Below are positions 40,735 to 48,917 of a stretch of DNA of 64,000 nt, piece after piece. Each line of letters begins with the position of its first letter. Position 1 is the first letter of the stretch. The stretch is from an uncultured Fidelibacterota bacterium (lineage in GTDB: Bacteria; Fidelibacterota; Marinisomatia; Marinisomatales; Marinisomataceae). The notes below the pieces were generated by a model, which ran no database searches, was not told the DNA's origin, and was given only the letters and a program-made list of their open reading frames with translations. A program made the position numbers and the translations under genes. Location: contig CABZMF010000001.1 of assembly GCA_902526795.1 (NCBI GenBank), positions 350,622 through 414,621 on the forward strand, in the 5' to 3' direction.

Positions 40735-42323
40735 TTTTTTGATTTCATTGCAATGTTTTGAAATTTTTTCATTGCAGTTTCATGACTAGATGTAATATTA
40801 ATAAGGTCATTTGCCCAAGAAATATCCTCATTACCAACTAAGTTTTTTAATCTATCAATACTATGCGTAAACATTTTAGGAAGAAATGTGGGTGTTGGCG
40901 ATCCTCCCGTTCCTTTAGATTTAGTTTGATTACGATAAGGATCTGGAGCTTTAAGTATATAAAAAACAACCATTTTATAATGATCTATTCTATGTTGAAT
41001 TATCCAACGAACTGCACTAGCTAAAAGTTTTTTATTGTCATTATCTGATTCAATTTTTGAAAAATAATTAGAATTTTGTATTGCATTTCTGATCTTAACA
41101 ATCATTGCATGATGTGCTGGCGGTCTGTATCCAACCCTAAATGATTTTAAAAGTTTTGTTAATGAATCAACCTCAATATTGTTTGGTAAATCTTCAGAGC
41201 TAACGAACCCTTTTTCAAGCACTCCTTTTATCATTGCTTTATCAATAATTTTATCTGCTATATATGCATGAGTATGATCTCCTACACCTGTAATTTCATC
41301 AGCAATAGGATGGTATGAGCTATTTGCTCCAGTTTGGCCATGCAAGTTTGATAAATAACAACCTTCAGAAGAGTAATCATTGTCAAAATCTTCTCCACAA
41401 TTTTCAAAAAATAAACCCTTATCTGGGTACATACCGCCTTGATTTCCAAATAATCCTTGAATGAATATTCTAACTTCTTTGTTATATAATGACGGTTCAC
41501 TTACTTTCCACATTGCATTAAATAATTGATTTGATTGTTGAGTAGCTAATTCAATTTTTTCAAGATTTTCTTTAATATTTTTGTTTTTTATAGCCAGTAG
41601 TGCATTTCCAATCATCATATTAGATGTTCTTTCCATTGCAAGATGAGTCATCCTAAATCCTTGTTCATTTCCATCAAAATCGTGAAAAGCAACCACAGGC
41701 TTTATTGATCTTATATAATCAACATTTTTTTTGACATCATCATAGTTGTCTAACTCTTGATCAGGAAGGATGCCTGAGCGAAGGACATAATCTGCAGCAT
41801 ACTCAAATTCAGGCTGTTGACCTATTATTCTTGATGATAGGAGTAGTAATCCTGATAGTGGCCATGGAATGAATGCACATGCTGCATTTTTTCCATTAAA
41901 AATAGGTTCAATTTTTATACCATTGGCCAGCCATGAACACCAACATCTCACATCCGCAATTAATTCAGCTGATTCTTTTGTAGGATTAAGAATATGACTT
42001 TGCACTTCTAGAATGAATTTATCCATCAGACCATCATCTATTAATTTTACTTCTTTTAAAAGTGCATTTTGTCCAATTAAACCAATTTTTGAATCATTCT
42101 GTACAGTCATTTCAAGTGCAATATCTGATAATATTGTATACGGAGATGGAAGTTTTTTAAGAGGAGTGAAAGGTAAGGTTGAATTTGGTTTCCATATTAG
42201 CTCAGATGTTTTGTGAATTAAATTAGCATCAAACTCTAATCCAAATAGATGTTCTTTAAATTCAATTCCATTTCCAAAATATGGGAAATGATTATCTGTC
42301 GAAATTAAAATATTAGATTTCAT
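40731..42323 (-). CDS. Indoleamine 2,3-dioxygenase-like heme protein
   Basis: ExGFxxxH, RIFIQG, GQTGANSS, YRPPAH, HRxxHxxxVxxYI (proximal His) and KGTGGS motifs in IDO order. Confidence 0.8.
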   Translation of the reverse strand: MKSNILISTDNHFPYFGNGIEFKEHLFGLEFDANLIHKTSELIWKPNSTLPFTPLKKLPSPYTILSDIALEMTVQNDSKIGLIGQNALLKEVKLIDDGLMDKFILEVQSHILNPTKESAELIADVRCWCSWLANGIKIEPIFNGKNAACAFIPWPLSGLLLLSSRIIGQQPEFEYAADYVLRSGILPDQELDNYDDVKKNVDYIRSIKPVVAFHDFDGNEQGFRMTHLAMERTSNMMIGNALLAIKNKNIKENLEKIELATQQSNQLFNAMWKVSEPSLYNKEVRIFIQGLFGNQGGMYPDKGLFFENCGEDFDNDYSSEGCYLSNLHGQTGANSSYHPIADEITGVGDHTHAYIADKIIDKAMIKGVLEKGFVSSEDLPNNIEVDSLTKLLKSFRVGYRPPAHHAMIVKIRNAIQNSNYFSKIESDNDNKKLLASAVRWIIQHRIDHYKMVVFYILKAPDPYRNQTKSKGTGGSPTPTFLPKMFTHSIDRLKNLVGNEDISWANDLINITSSHETAMKKFQNIAMKSKN

Positions 42324-42945
42324 TTTCTCCGATTAAGCTATCAATAAATGCAAAAACAGATTCATCGTTCCAAAAAGCAGTTCCTAAATCTTTAACTAAC
42401 ACTTCACCATTCGAATCAATTATAAAAGTTGTAGGAATACCAGAAGTTGCAAAAAATTCATCATCAGTAATAATTTTATATGTTGGAAGTCTTTGAAGAT
42501 TATTATCTTTCGGTATATAATTTTTAATAGTTTTTAATTCTTCTCTAGACAAAAATAAGAAAATAATATCTTCTTCATTTTTGTATTCTTCATAAAGCTC
42601 AACCATATATGGCATTTCAGCTAAACACGGATTACACCAAGTTGCCCAAAAATTTATAAAAAGATTTTTTCCTTCAAATTTTTGAATATTAAAAATATTA
42701 TTATCTAAATCAGAGAATTGTAACATATTATCTTCAAAGTCGATGGTTGTTACTTTCATCTCTGCTAAGGATGGTTTTTCAAGCTTAGGAGCTTCAATTA
42801 CTTCATTTAAATACATAATTGATAAATCTTTGTAGTACTCTTTATATTTTCTTAAATCGTTATTTACTACATAAAATTTGTATGACAAAAGAGTAATACA
42901 AATAGTCATTCCAGCAATGATAATTTTGAATAATTTTGGACTCAT
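42313..42945 (-). CDS. Membrane-anchored TlpA/ResA-like thiol-disulfide reductase
   Basis: N-terminal TM, NFWATWCNPCxxEMP, IPTTFIID. Confidence 0.92.
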   Translation of the reverse strand: MSPKLFKIIIAGMTICITLLSYKFYVVNNDLRKYKEYYKDLSIMYLNEVIEAPKLEKPSLAEMKVTTIDFEDNMLQFSDLDNNIFNIQKFEGKNLFINFWATWCNPCLAEMPYMVELYEEYKNEEDIIFLFLSREELKTIKNYIPKDNNLQRLPTYKIITDDEFFATSGIPTTFIIDSNGEVLVKDLGTAFWNDESVFAFIDSLIGENEI

Positions 42946-42998
42946 TTTTTTTGATATTATTTAGTTATTAAGAAGAAAATACTTAAATTTTAATACTT

Positions 42999-43109
42999 AT
43001 GAAATGTTTAAAATGTAAACATTCTTGGGTAAGAACCAAGTGGTACGAGTATATTAGTTTTCTTGCAAAATGTACTAAATGTGGCAGTAGATTTATTTTA
43101 AGATACTAA
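42999..43109 (+). CDS. Unannotated 36-aa zinc-ribbon microprotein MKCLKCKHSWVRTKWYEYISFLAKCTKCGSRFILRY
   Basis: CxxC-x18-CxxCGS; ATG 42999 to TAA 43109; ends 3 nt before the ogt ATG; below the ORF-track cutoff. Confidence 0.8.
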   Translation: MKCLKCKHSWVRTKWYEYISFLAKCTKCGSRFILRY

Positions 43110-43112
43110 GTA

Positions 43113-43607
43113 ATGAATCAGAAAATATTTCAAGTCAAAAATCTCCATTTTTATTTCCGAATTATTTTTAATGATAATAAGCTATATAACTTATCATTTT
43201 CTGATAACAAAAATGATTTACTGGAAAGTCAGCTTTCTTTAAAAATCGTAAATAATACTGACTCAAAATTTGGTAACGAGGTCAAAAATCAATTGAATGC
43301 ATACTTTAATAAAAAGTTAAAAAAGTTTGATGTTCCAGTTCATATTAAAGGTTCGAACTTTTCAATGAAAGTTTTTAAAGAAATGTCAAAAATTCCTTAC
43401 GGAAAAACGAAAAGCTATAAGGATATAGCAAAGAAAATTAATGAACCTAAATCAGCTAGAGCAGTAGGAAAAGTTAGTGGTTCAAATAAAATCCCAATAA
43501 TTATTCCATGTCACAGAATTGTTGGTAGTAACGGAGAACTCGTTGGCTACAGTGGTGGAGGTGGATTACTTTTTAAATCATATTTACAGTTATTAGAAAA
43601 AAAATGA
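43113..43607 (+). CDS. ogt: Methylated-DNA--protein-cysteine methyltransferase
   Basis: IPYG, ARAVG, PCHR active site, LLE C-terminus. Confidence 0.95.
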   Translation: MNQKIFQVKNLHFYFRIIFNDNKLYNLSFSDNKNDLLESQLSLKIVNNTDSKFGNEVKNQLNAYFNKKLKKFDVPVHIKGSNFSMKVFKEMSKIPYGKTKSYKDIAKKINEPKSARAVGKVSGSNKIPIIIPCHRIVGSNGELVGYSGGGGLLFKSYLQLLEKK

Positions 43608-44584
43608 AAAAATTATTCTTACTCTTATTTTATTCACTATTGTTACCACAAGAACCATTTAAAGAAACAATTATTTTTGAAAGCGCAAATCCATTTTCAT
43701 TTGAAGAAATAATTACTGATCTTGATAACCAAGAAAAACAAAGTGTTTTTGGAATTTTAACTTTTCCAGATAATTTTGATAAAGAAAGTAAATATCCAAT
43801 CATTGTTGGAGTAGCAGGAAGTCTAAATTGGGGTCCACATCATTTGAAATATTTAGAAATGTATCTTGAATTGGGTTTTGCAACATTCCAATTACATAGT
43901 TTTGATAGTAGAGATATTGATACTACTGTTGGAAGTCAATTAGAAGTAACTACCGCAATGATGATTCTTGATAGTTATATTGCTCTTGAAACATTATCCA
44001 AGCATCCAAATATTAATATTAAACAAGCTGGAATTACAGGGTGGAGCTTAGGAGGAGCTGTATCATTATATTCTGCATGGACTCCATTAATTAATTCAAT
44101 TAATAACGGAAAATATAAGTTTGCTGCACACCTACCAATTTATCCTGGATGCCTAATATACCCTTTTCCGGAAGAGGCAATGATCTTTAGTCAAGCACCA
44201 ATTCATATTCTTTTTGGTGAATTGGATAATTGGGTACCTGCTTCTGCATGTTCAAATTTCATTGACAAGTTAGATCAAAGTGGATTGCATCATAATATTG
44301 ATATTACTATTTATGAAAATGCACACCATTCTTTTGATAGAGAGATGGATTTAACTAAATTAGAACATGGCTACACGCTTGGTGATTGCTTCTTTCCAAT
44401 GAATAATCAAGGTACTGTTTTTTTTACTGAATTCTGGAAAATTCCTATCAATAATCCAACAATGCAAAAATTGGCATTGTTAACTTGTGCTGGTAGAGGA
44501 CCAATCATGGGTGGAAATGATGAAGCTAGAGAAAAATCTTTCAAGTTTGCTGCCGATTTTTTTACCAATCATTTAAAAAATTAA
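43604..44584 (+). CDS. Dienelactone hydrolase-family alpha/beta hydrolase, probably exported
   Basis: GWSLGG nucleophile, GELD, YxxAxHSFD. Confidence 0.85.
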   Translation: MKKLFLLLFYSLLLPQEPFKETIIFESANPFSFEEIITDLDNQEKQSVFGILTFPDNFDKESKYPIIVGVAGSLNWGPHHLKYLEMYLELGFATFQLHSFDSRDIDTTVGSQLEVTTAMMILDSYIALETLSKHPNINIKQAGITGWSLGGAVSLYSAWTPLINSINNGKYKFAAHLPIYPGCLIYPFPEEAMIFSQAPIHILFGELDNWVPASACSNFIDKLDQSGLHHNIDITIYENAHHSFDREMDLTKLEHGYTLGDCFFPMNNQGTVFFTEFWKIPINNPTMQKLALLTCAGRGPIMGGNDEAREKSFKFAADFFTNHLKN

Positions 44585-44721
44585 CTTAATTTAATCACAA
44601 TATCTATTTTACTTAAAAATATTAAGTCATTAATTATTTTATACTTAAAAATTTATTTCCATTGTCTTTTTTACTTTATTTTATTTAATTTTATTATAAT
44701 AAATAAATGCGGGGGTATTAA

Positions 44722-45954
44722 TTGAATTCATTAGAACTTTTCACAGTAAATAATTTATGGATGCTTGTTGCAACAATTTTAGTATTCATAATGCATTTAG
44801 GTTTTTCGGCACTTGAAACAGGATTAACAAGAACTAAAAACACTGTTAATATTTTGTTTAAAAATGTAAGTATAATTTCTATTGGTATATTAACATATGC
44901 TCTTTGTGGTTTTAATTTAATGTATCCTGGAGATTTTTCTTTTGGCCAATTCTTTGGTTTTGCTGGTTGGGGTCTAAATGTTCCAGTTGGAAATGCTGGA
45001 CTTATTGAATATGCTAATGGACAATACACCTATTATACGGATTTTATTTTTCAAGCAATGTTTGCTGCTACTGCAGCAACAATTGTTTCAGGTGCAGTAG
45101 CTGAGAGGATTAAACTAAATTCATTTTTATTATTTTCTTTCTTATATGTTGCTTTCGTATACCCAATTGCTGGTTCATGGAAATGGGGTGGAGGATTCTT
45201 ACATCAAATGGGTTTTTACGATTTTGCTGGCTCCACATTGGTACACAGTGTTGGCGGTTGGGCTGCCTTGATTTGTGCATATTTACTTGGACCAAGAATT
45301 GGTAAATATACCAAAGTTGGATTAAAACCAATAATGGGACATAATATGCCTCTTGCAGCTATTGGAGTATTTCTTTTATGGTTCGGTTGGTATGGATTTA
45401 ATGGTGGTTCGGTACTCTCAGCTGATCCTGGTGCAGTCTCTTATGTTTTTGTAACAACATCTTTGTCTGCTGCAGCTGGAATTGTTGGTTCTTTATTGAC
45501 TTCTATTTTTTATTTAAAAACCAATGATTTATCAATGATTTTAAATGGCACATTGGCTGGATTGGTAGGTATAACTGCCGGTGCAGACGTTATATCTCCA
45601 ATGAATGCAATATATATAGGTTTTATATCGGGTATCTTGGTCGTTTTTTCTATTATTTTCTTTGATAAAATTAAAATTGATGATCCTGTTGGAGCAATAT
45701 CTGTTCATCTTGTGTGTGGTATATGGGGTACGTTAGCAGTTGGAATATTTTCAACAAGCTATTCTTTTGTTATTCAGCTCATAGGCATATTATCGTATGG
45801 ATTTTTTAGTTCTTTATCTGCTTTTTTAATTTTTTACACAATAAAAGTTTTAATAGGTGTAAGAGTTACTGAAGAAGAAGAAATAATTGGTTTAGATATT
45901 GCTGAACACGAAATGGAGTCATATTCAGGATTTCAAATTTTTACAGTTGAATAA
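44722..45954 (+). CDS. amtB: Ammonium transporter (TTG start after GGGGGT SD)
   Basis: FQxMFA, SGAVAER, WxWGGG, DFAGSxxVH, GWYGFNGG, DDPVGAxxVH. Confidence 0.97.
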   Translation: MNSLELFTVNNLWMLVATILVFIMHLGFSALETGLTRTKNTVNILFKNVSIISIGILTYALCGFNLMYPGDFSFGQFFGFAGWGLNVPVGNAGLIEYANGQYTYYTDFIFQAMFAATAATIVSGAVAERIKLNSFLLFSFLYVAFVYPIAGSWKWGGGFLHQMGFYDFAGSTLVHSVGGWAALICAYLLGPRIGKYTKVGLKPIMGHNMPLAAIGVFLLWFGWYGFNGGSVLSADPGAVSYVFVTTSLSAAAGIVGSLLTSIFYLKTNDLSMILNGTLAGLVGITAGADVISPMNAIYIGFISGILVVFSIIFFDKIKIDDPVGAISVHLVCGIWGTLAVGIFSTSYSFVIQLIGILSYGFFSSLSAFLIFYTIKVLIGVRVTEEEEIIGLDIAEHEMESYSGFQIFTVE

Positions 45955-45965
45955 AGGAGAGGAAA

Positions 45966-46310
45966 ATGAAATTAATAATTGCAATTGTTCAACCAGAAGA
46001 GCTTCCTGAAATTAAAGAAGAGCTTCTAAAAAGAAAGATTTTCAAGTTCACTGTGTCAAATGCATTAGGCCAAGGAAAAGAAATACCTCTTCAGGAGGTA
46101 TACAGAGGAATTGCACACGAAATAACCCTTTTGAAAAAAGTTAGACTTGAAATAGCTGTAAATGACGACTATGTAGATGCTGCAGTGGAGGCCATTTGCA
46201 AAGTTGCAAATAAATATCAGGAAAAAGGTAGGGGTAAAATTTTTATTTTACCAATTGAGGAATGTATTCGCATAAGAACTAATGAAAAAGGTAAAGAAGC
46301 TATTGGATAA
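45966..46310 (+). CDS. glnK: PII family nitrogen regulator (divergent)
   Basis: AIVxP, YRG, KVRLEIAV, GKIF, RIRTxExG; directly downstream of amt with AGGAGAGG SD. Confidence 0.9.
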   Translation: MKLIIAIVQPEELPEIKEELLKRKIFKFTVSNALGQGKEIPLQEVYRGIAHEITLLKKVRLEIAVNDDYVDAAVEAICKVANKYQEKGRGKIFILPIEECIRIRTNEKGKEAIG

Positions 46311-46362
46311 AATCTTTATATAAATCTATTAAACTATTTCATTTTTTTTCTTACTTTCAAGC

Positions 46363-48759
46363 ATGGGGAAAGTCTATAAAATTATTTTATTTGTATTCAC
46401 TTTCATCATTCTAATTAATTTTTTTGTCAATGCTTTCTTAAAACCAACTGATGTTGAGTATGATGGTATTAATCAAGAATTATCCTTGGAAAATGATGTT
46501 GAAGTAATATTTGATAATTATGGTGTACCTAGTGTATTTGCTCTAAACGACTCTGATATGTTTAAAGTAGCAGGTTATTTGGGTGCTAGAGATAGATTGT
46601 TTCAAATGGCCTTTTTAAAATATGCATATAAAGGTCAACTCAGTGCTGTAGTTAATGATACACTTTTTACAGAAGATCGTTTTTTAAGAACACTTGGTTT
46701 TGAAAAAATTGCTCAGAAAACTTTGAACAAAGTACCTTTAGATATTCTCGCACACTTAGAAGACACGTGTTATGGAATAAATACCTATGTTCAAAGTCTC
46801 TCTCCATCAGAATATCCGCTTGAATTTAAATTATTACAAATAGATGAACTCCCTACTTTTGAACCTCTTGATATTGTTGCATTAAGTACAATGATGGCTT
46901 GGGAATTGCAAGGAGGATGGGATTCTGAATTATTTTTTGGAGCAATAAATGAACAACTTGGTCCAGACTATTTATCAGAAATTTTACCATCTTATGATCC
47001 AAATTTTGTTACTATTTCTTCAAATGACGTGTTACTAAAATCATTCAAGCAGTATGCCAGTGATACTGAAAATTTGAGAAATTTATTAAAAACTGATAGA
47101 GATGGTTACGGTTCTAATGCATGGGCAGTTTCTGGAACAAAAACCAAATCTGGTAAGCCTTTACTTGCTAATGATCCACATTTAGCATACAATTTACCTC
47201 CTTGGTGGTATGAGATTCGTTTAAAAAGTGATAATTATAATTTTGGAGGTTATGGATTGTATGGTATTCCATTACCTGTTATTGGACATAACGAAAATAT
47301 TGGATGGGGCTTTACTAATGTCATGACAGATGATATGGATTTTTATATTGAATTATTAAATGAAGAACAAACACAATATTATGTCGATGGTAAATGGAGA
47401 AATTTAAAAATTGAAGAAGAAGAACTTGTTCTAAAATCAGGCTCTAAGCGTAAAATTATTATTAGATCTACGCATAGAGGTCCTATCATATCAGATATAC
47501 ACCGAGATGCAAAAGCTATTAATAAAGCAATATCTTTTAGATGGACAGAATTCGATGCATTCGATGAAACTACTGGTTTATTTATGCTTGCAAAAGCGTC
47601 AAACTGGGAGGATTTTAATGAAGCTTCAAAATTATTTGGAGCACCTGGGCAAAACTGGACCTATGCTGATAAAGAAGGAAATATTGGATGGAGACCAAGC
47701 ACAAAGATTCCTATTAGACTTGATGCTGATAAACTTGTCCCTTTTGACGGAACAACAACAAAGCATGATTGGCAAGGTTATATTCCTTTTGATGAAATGC
47801 CATACTCTTTTAATCCTGAAAAAGGATATATTTCAAATGGTAATAACAAGATTGTAGGCGATGAATACCCATATTATATATCCAAATATTGGGCTGACCC
47901 AAGTAGAGCTACTCAAATTGATAAAAGATTGAAGACGGATACAAAATTGTCTTCTGAAGATATGAAATCAATTTTAAATGAAATCACTGCTCCCTTTGGC
48001 CAACAATACGCTCCCCTTTTTGTTCAAAATTATTCAACAGGTTTTTCTGATAACGCAGATAAAATTCATGAAATGCTTAAAGATTGGGATGGTATTGAAT
48101 CATTAGATTCAACTGGGGCTGTTGCATTTCATGCAATTTACATTCATCTTGTCCAAAATATATTTCAAGATGAGTTACAGAGCTTTGGTAGTGGATCATT
48201 TGATACATTTTATAGTCTTAAATATATAAGGACACAAGCAATTAGAAGCATTTTTGATGGTAGTGCAAATCTTTGGGTAGATAATGTTACAACTTCTGAT
48301 AAAGAGACACTTAATGATATTGTGAATAAGTCTTTTGAAGACGCATTTAATTTTTTAGAAAATAAATATGGAAATCCTTTAGAACTTGTTTGGGGAGATA
48401 TTCATCAAGTTACTTATGAACATAGATTGGATGCAGATCCATTAGTAAAGAGATTAATTAATTTTAGTGTTGGACCATTCCCAATGTCAGGCTCAGAAAT
48501 GACTCCTAGAGCTGCAAGCTATTCTGTCAGTAAGCCTTTTAATGTTCGAGCAGGTTCATCAATGAGAAGAATAATTGATTTTTCAAATTTTGATAATGGT
48601 TTTAGCATCCTTCCAACTGGTCAATCTGGACTGTTTAGATCAAAACATTATAGCGATCAAACAGATATGTATAATAGGGGAGAATTCAAACCATTTATGT
48701 TTTCTTACGATGCTGTAAATTCTTCTAAATCTTCAAAATTAGTTTTTAAATCAAAATAA
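46363..48759 (+). CDS. Penicillin acylase family Ntn-hydrolase (S45), membrane anchored
   Basis: DxYGVP, DRLFQM, GSNAW (N-terminal nucleophile Ser), ANDPHL, GQSG. Confidence 0.93.
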   Translation: MGKVYKIILFVFTFIILINFFVNAFLKPTDVEYDGINQELSLENDVEVIFDNYGVPSVFALNDSDMFKVAGYLGARDRLFQMAFLKYAYKGQLSAVVNDTLFTEDRFLRTLGFEKIAQKTLNKVPLDILAHLEDTCYGINTYVQSLSPSEYPLEFKLLQIDELPTFEPLDIVALSTMMAWELQGGWDSELFFGAINEQLGPDYLSEILPSYDPNFVTISSNDVLLKSFKQYASDTENLRNLLKTDRDGYGSNAWAVSGTKTKSGKPLLANDPHLAYNLPPWWYEIRLKSDNYNFGGYGLYGIPLPVIGHNENIGWGFTNVMTDDMDFYIELLNEEQTQYYVDGKWRNLKIEEEELVLKSGSKRKIIIRSTHRGPIISDIHRDAKAINKAISFRWTEFDAFDETTGLFMLAKASNWEDFNEASKLFGAPGQNWTYADKEGNIGWRPSTKIPIRLDADKLVPFDGTTTKHDWQGYIPFDEMPYSFNPEKGYISNGNNKIVGDEYPYYISKYWADPSRATQIDKRLKTDTKLSSEDMKSILNEITAPFGQQYAPLFVQNYSTGFSDNADKIHEMLKDWDGIESLDSTGAVAFHAIYIHLVQNIFQDELQSFGSGSFDTFYSLKYIRTQAIRSIFDGSANLWVDNVTTSDKETLNDIVNKSFEDAFNFLENKYGNPLELVWGDIHQVTYEHRLDADPLVKRLINFSVGPFPMSGSEMTPRAASYSVSKPFNVRAGSSMRRIIDFSNFDNGFSILPTGQSGLFRSKHYSDQTDMYNRGEFKPFMFSYDAVNSSKSSKLVFKSK

Positions 48760-48763
48760 GTAT

Positions 48764-48792
48764 TTGCAAAATTTTATTTTATGTTATAATAT
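48764..48792 (+). promoter_or_regulatory. Putative promoter of trp leader
   Basis: TTGCAA at 48764; TGnTATAAT at 48782-48790 overlapping TAATAT at 48787-48792, which lies 6 nt before the leader GTG. Confidence 0.6.
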
Positions 48793-48798
48793 TTTCTC

Positions 48799-48858
48799 GT
48801 GAAAAATAGTTTAAAAACATGGAAATGGTATTTTCAAGTCGGGGGATCTGTCTTGTAA
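48799..48858 (+). CDS. trpL: trp attenuator leader peptide MKNSLKTWKWYFQVGGSVL
   Basis: 19-aa ORF with W-K-W-Y-F upstream of a terminator and trpE. Confidence 0.88.
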   Translation: MKNSLKTWKWYFQVGGSVL

Positions 48859-48883
48859 GCCTTTTCTACGTTAACAAGATTCT

Positions 48884-48910
48884 AAAACCCCGTTAATCGG
48901 GGTTTTTTTT
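48884..48910 (+). terminator. trp attenuator intrinsic terminator
   Basis: AAAACCCCG-TTAAT-CGGGGTTTT stem-loop with T8 run, 7 nt before the trpE ATG. Confidence 0.92.
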
Positions 48911-48917
48911 ATATATA

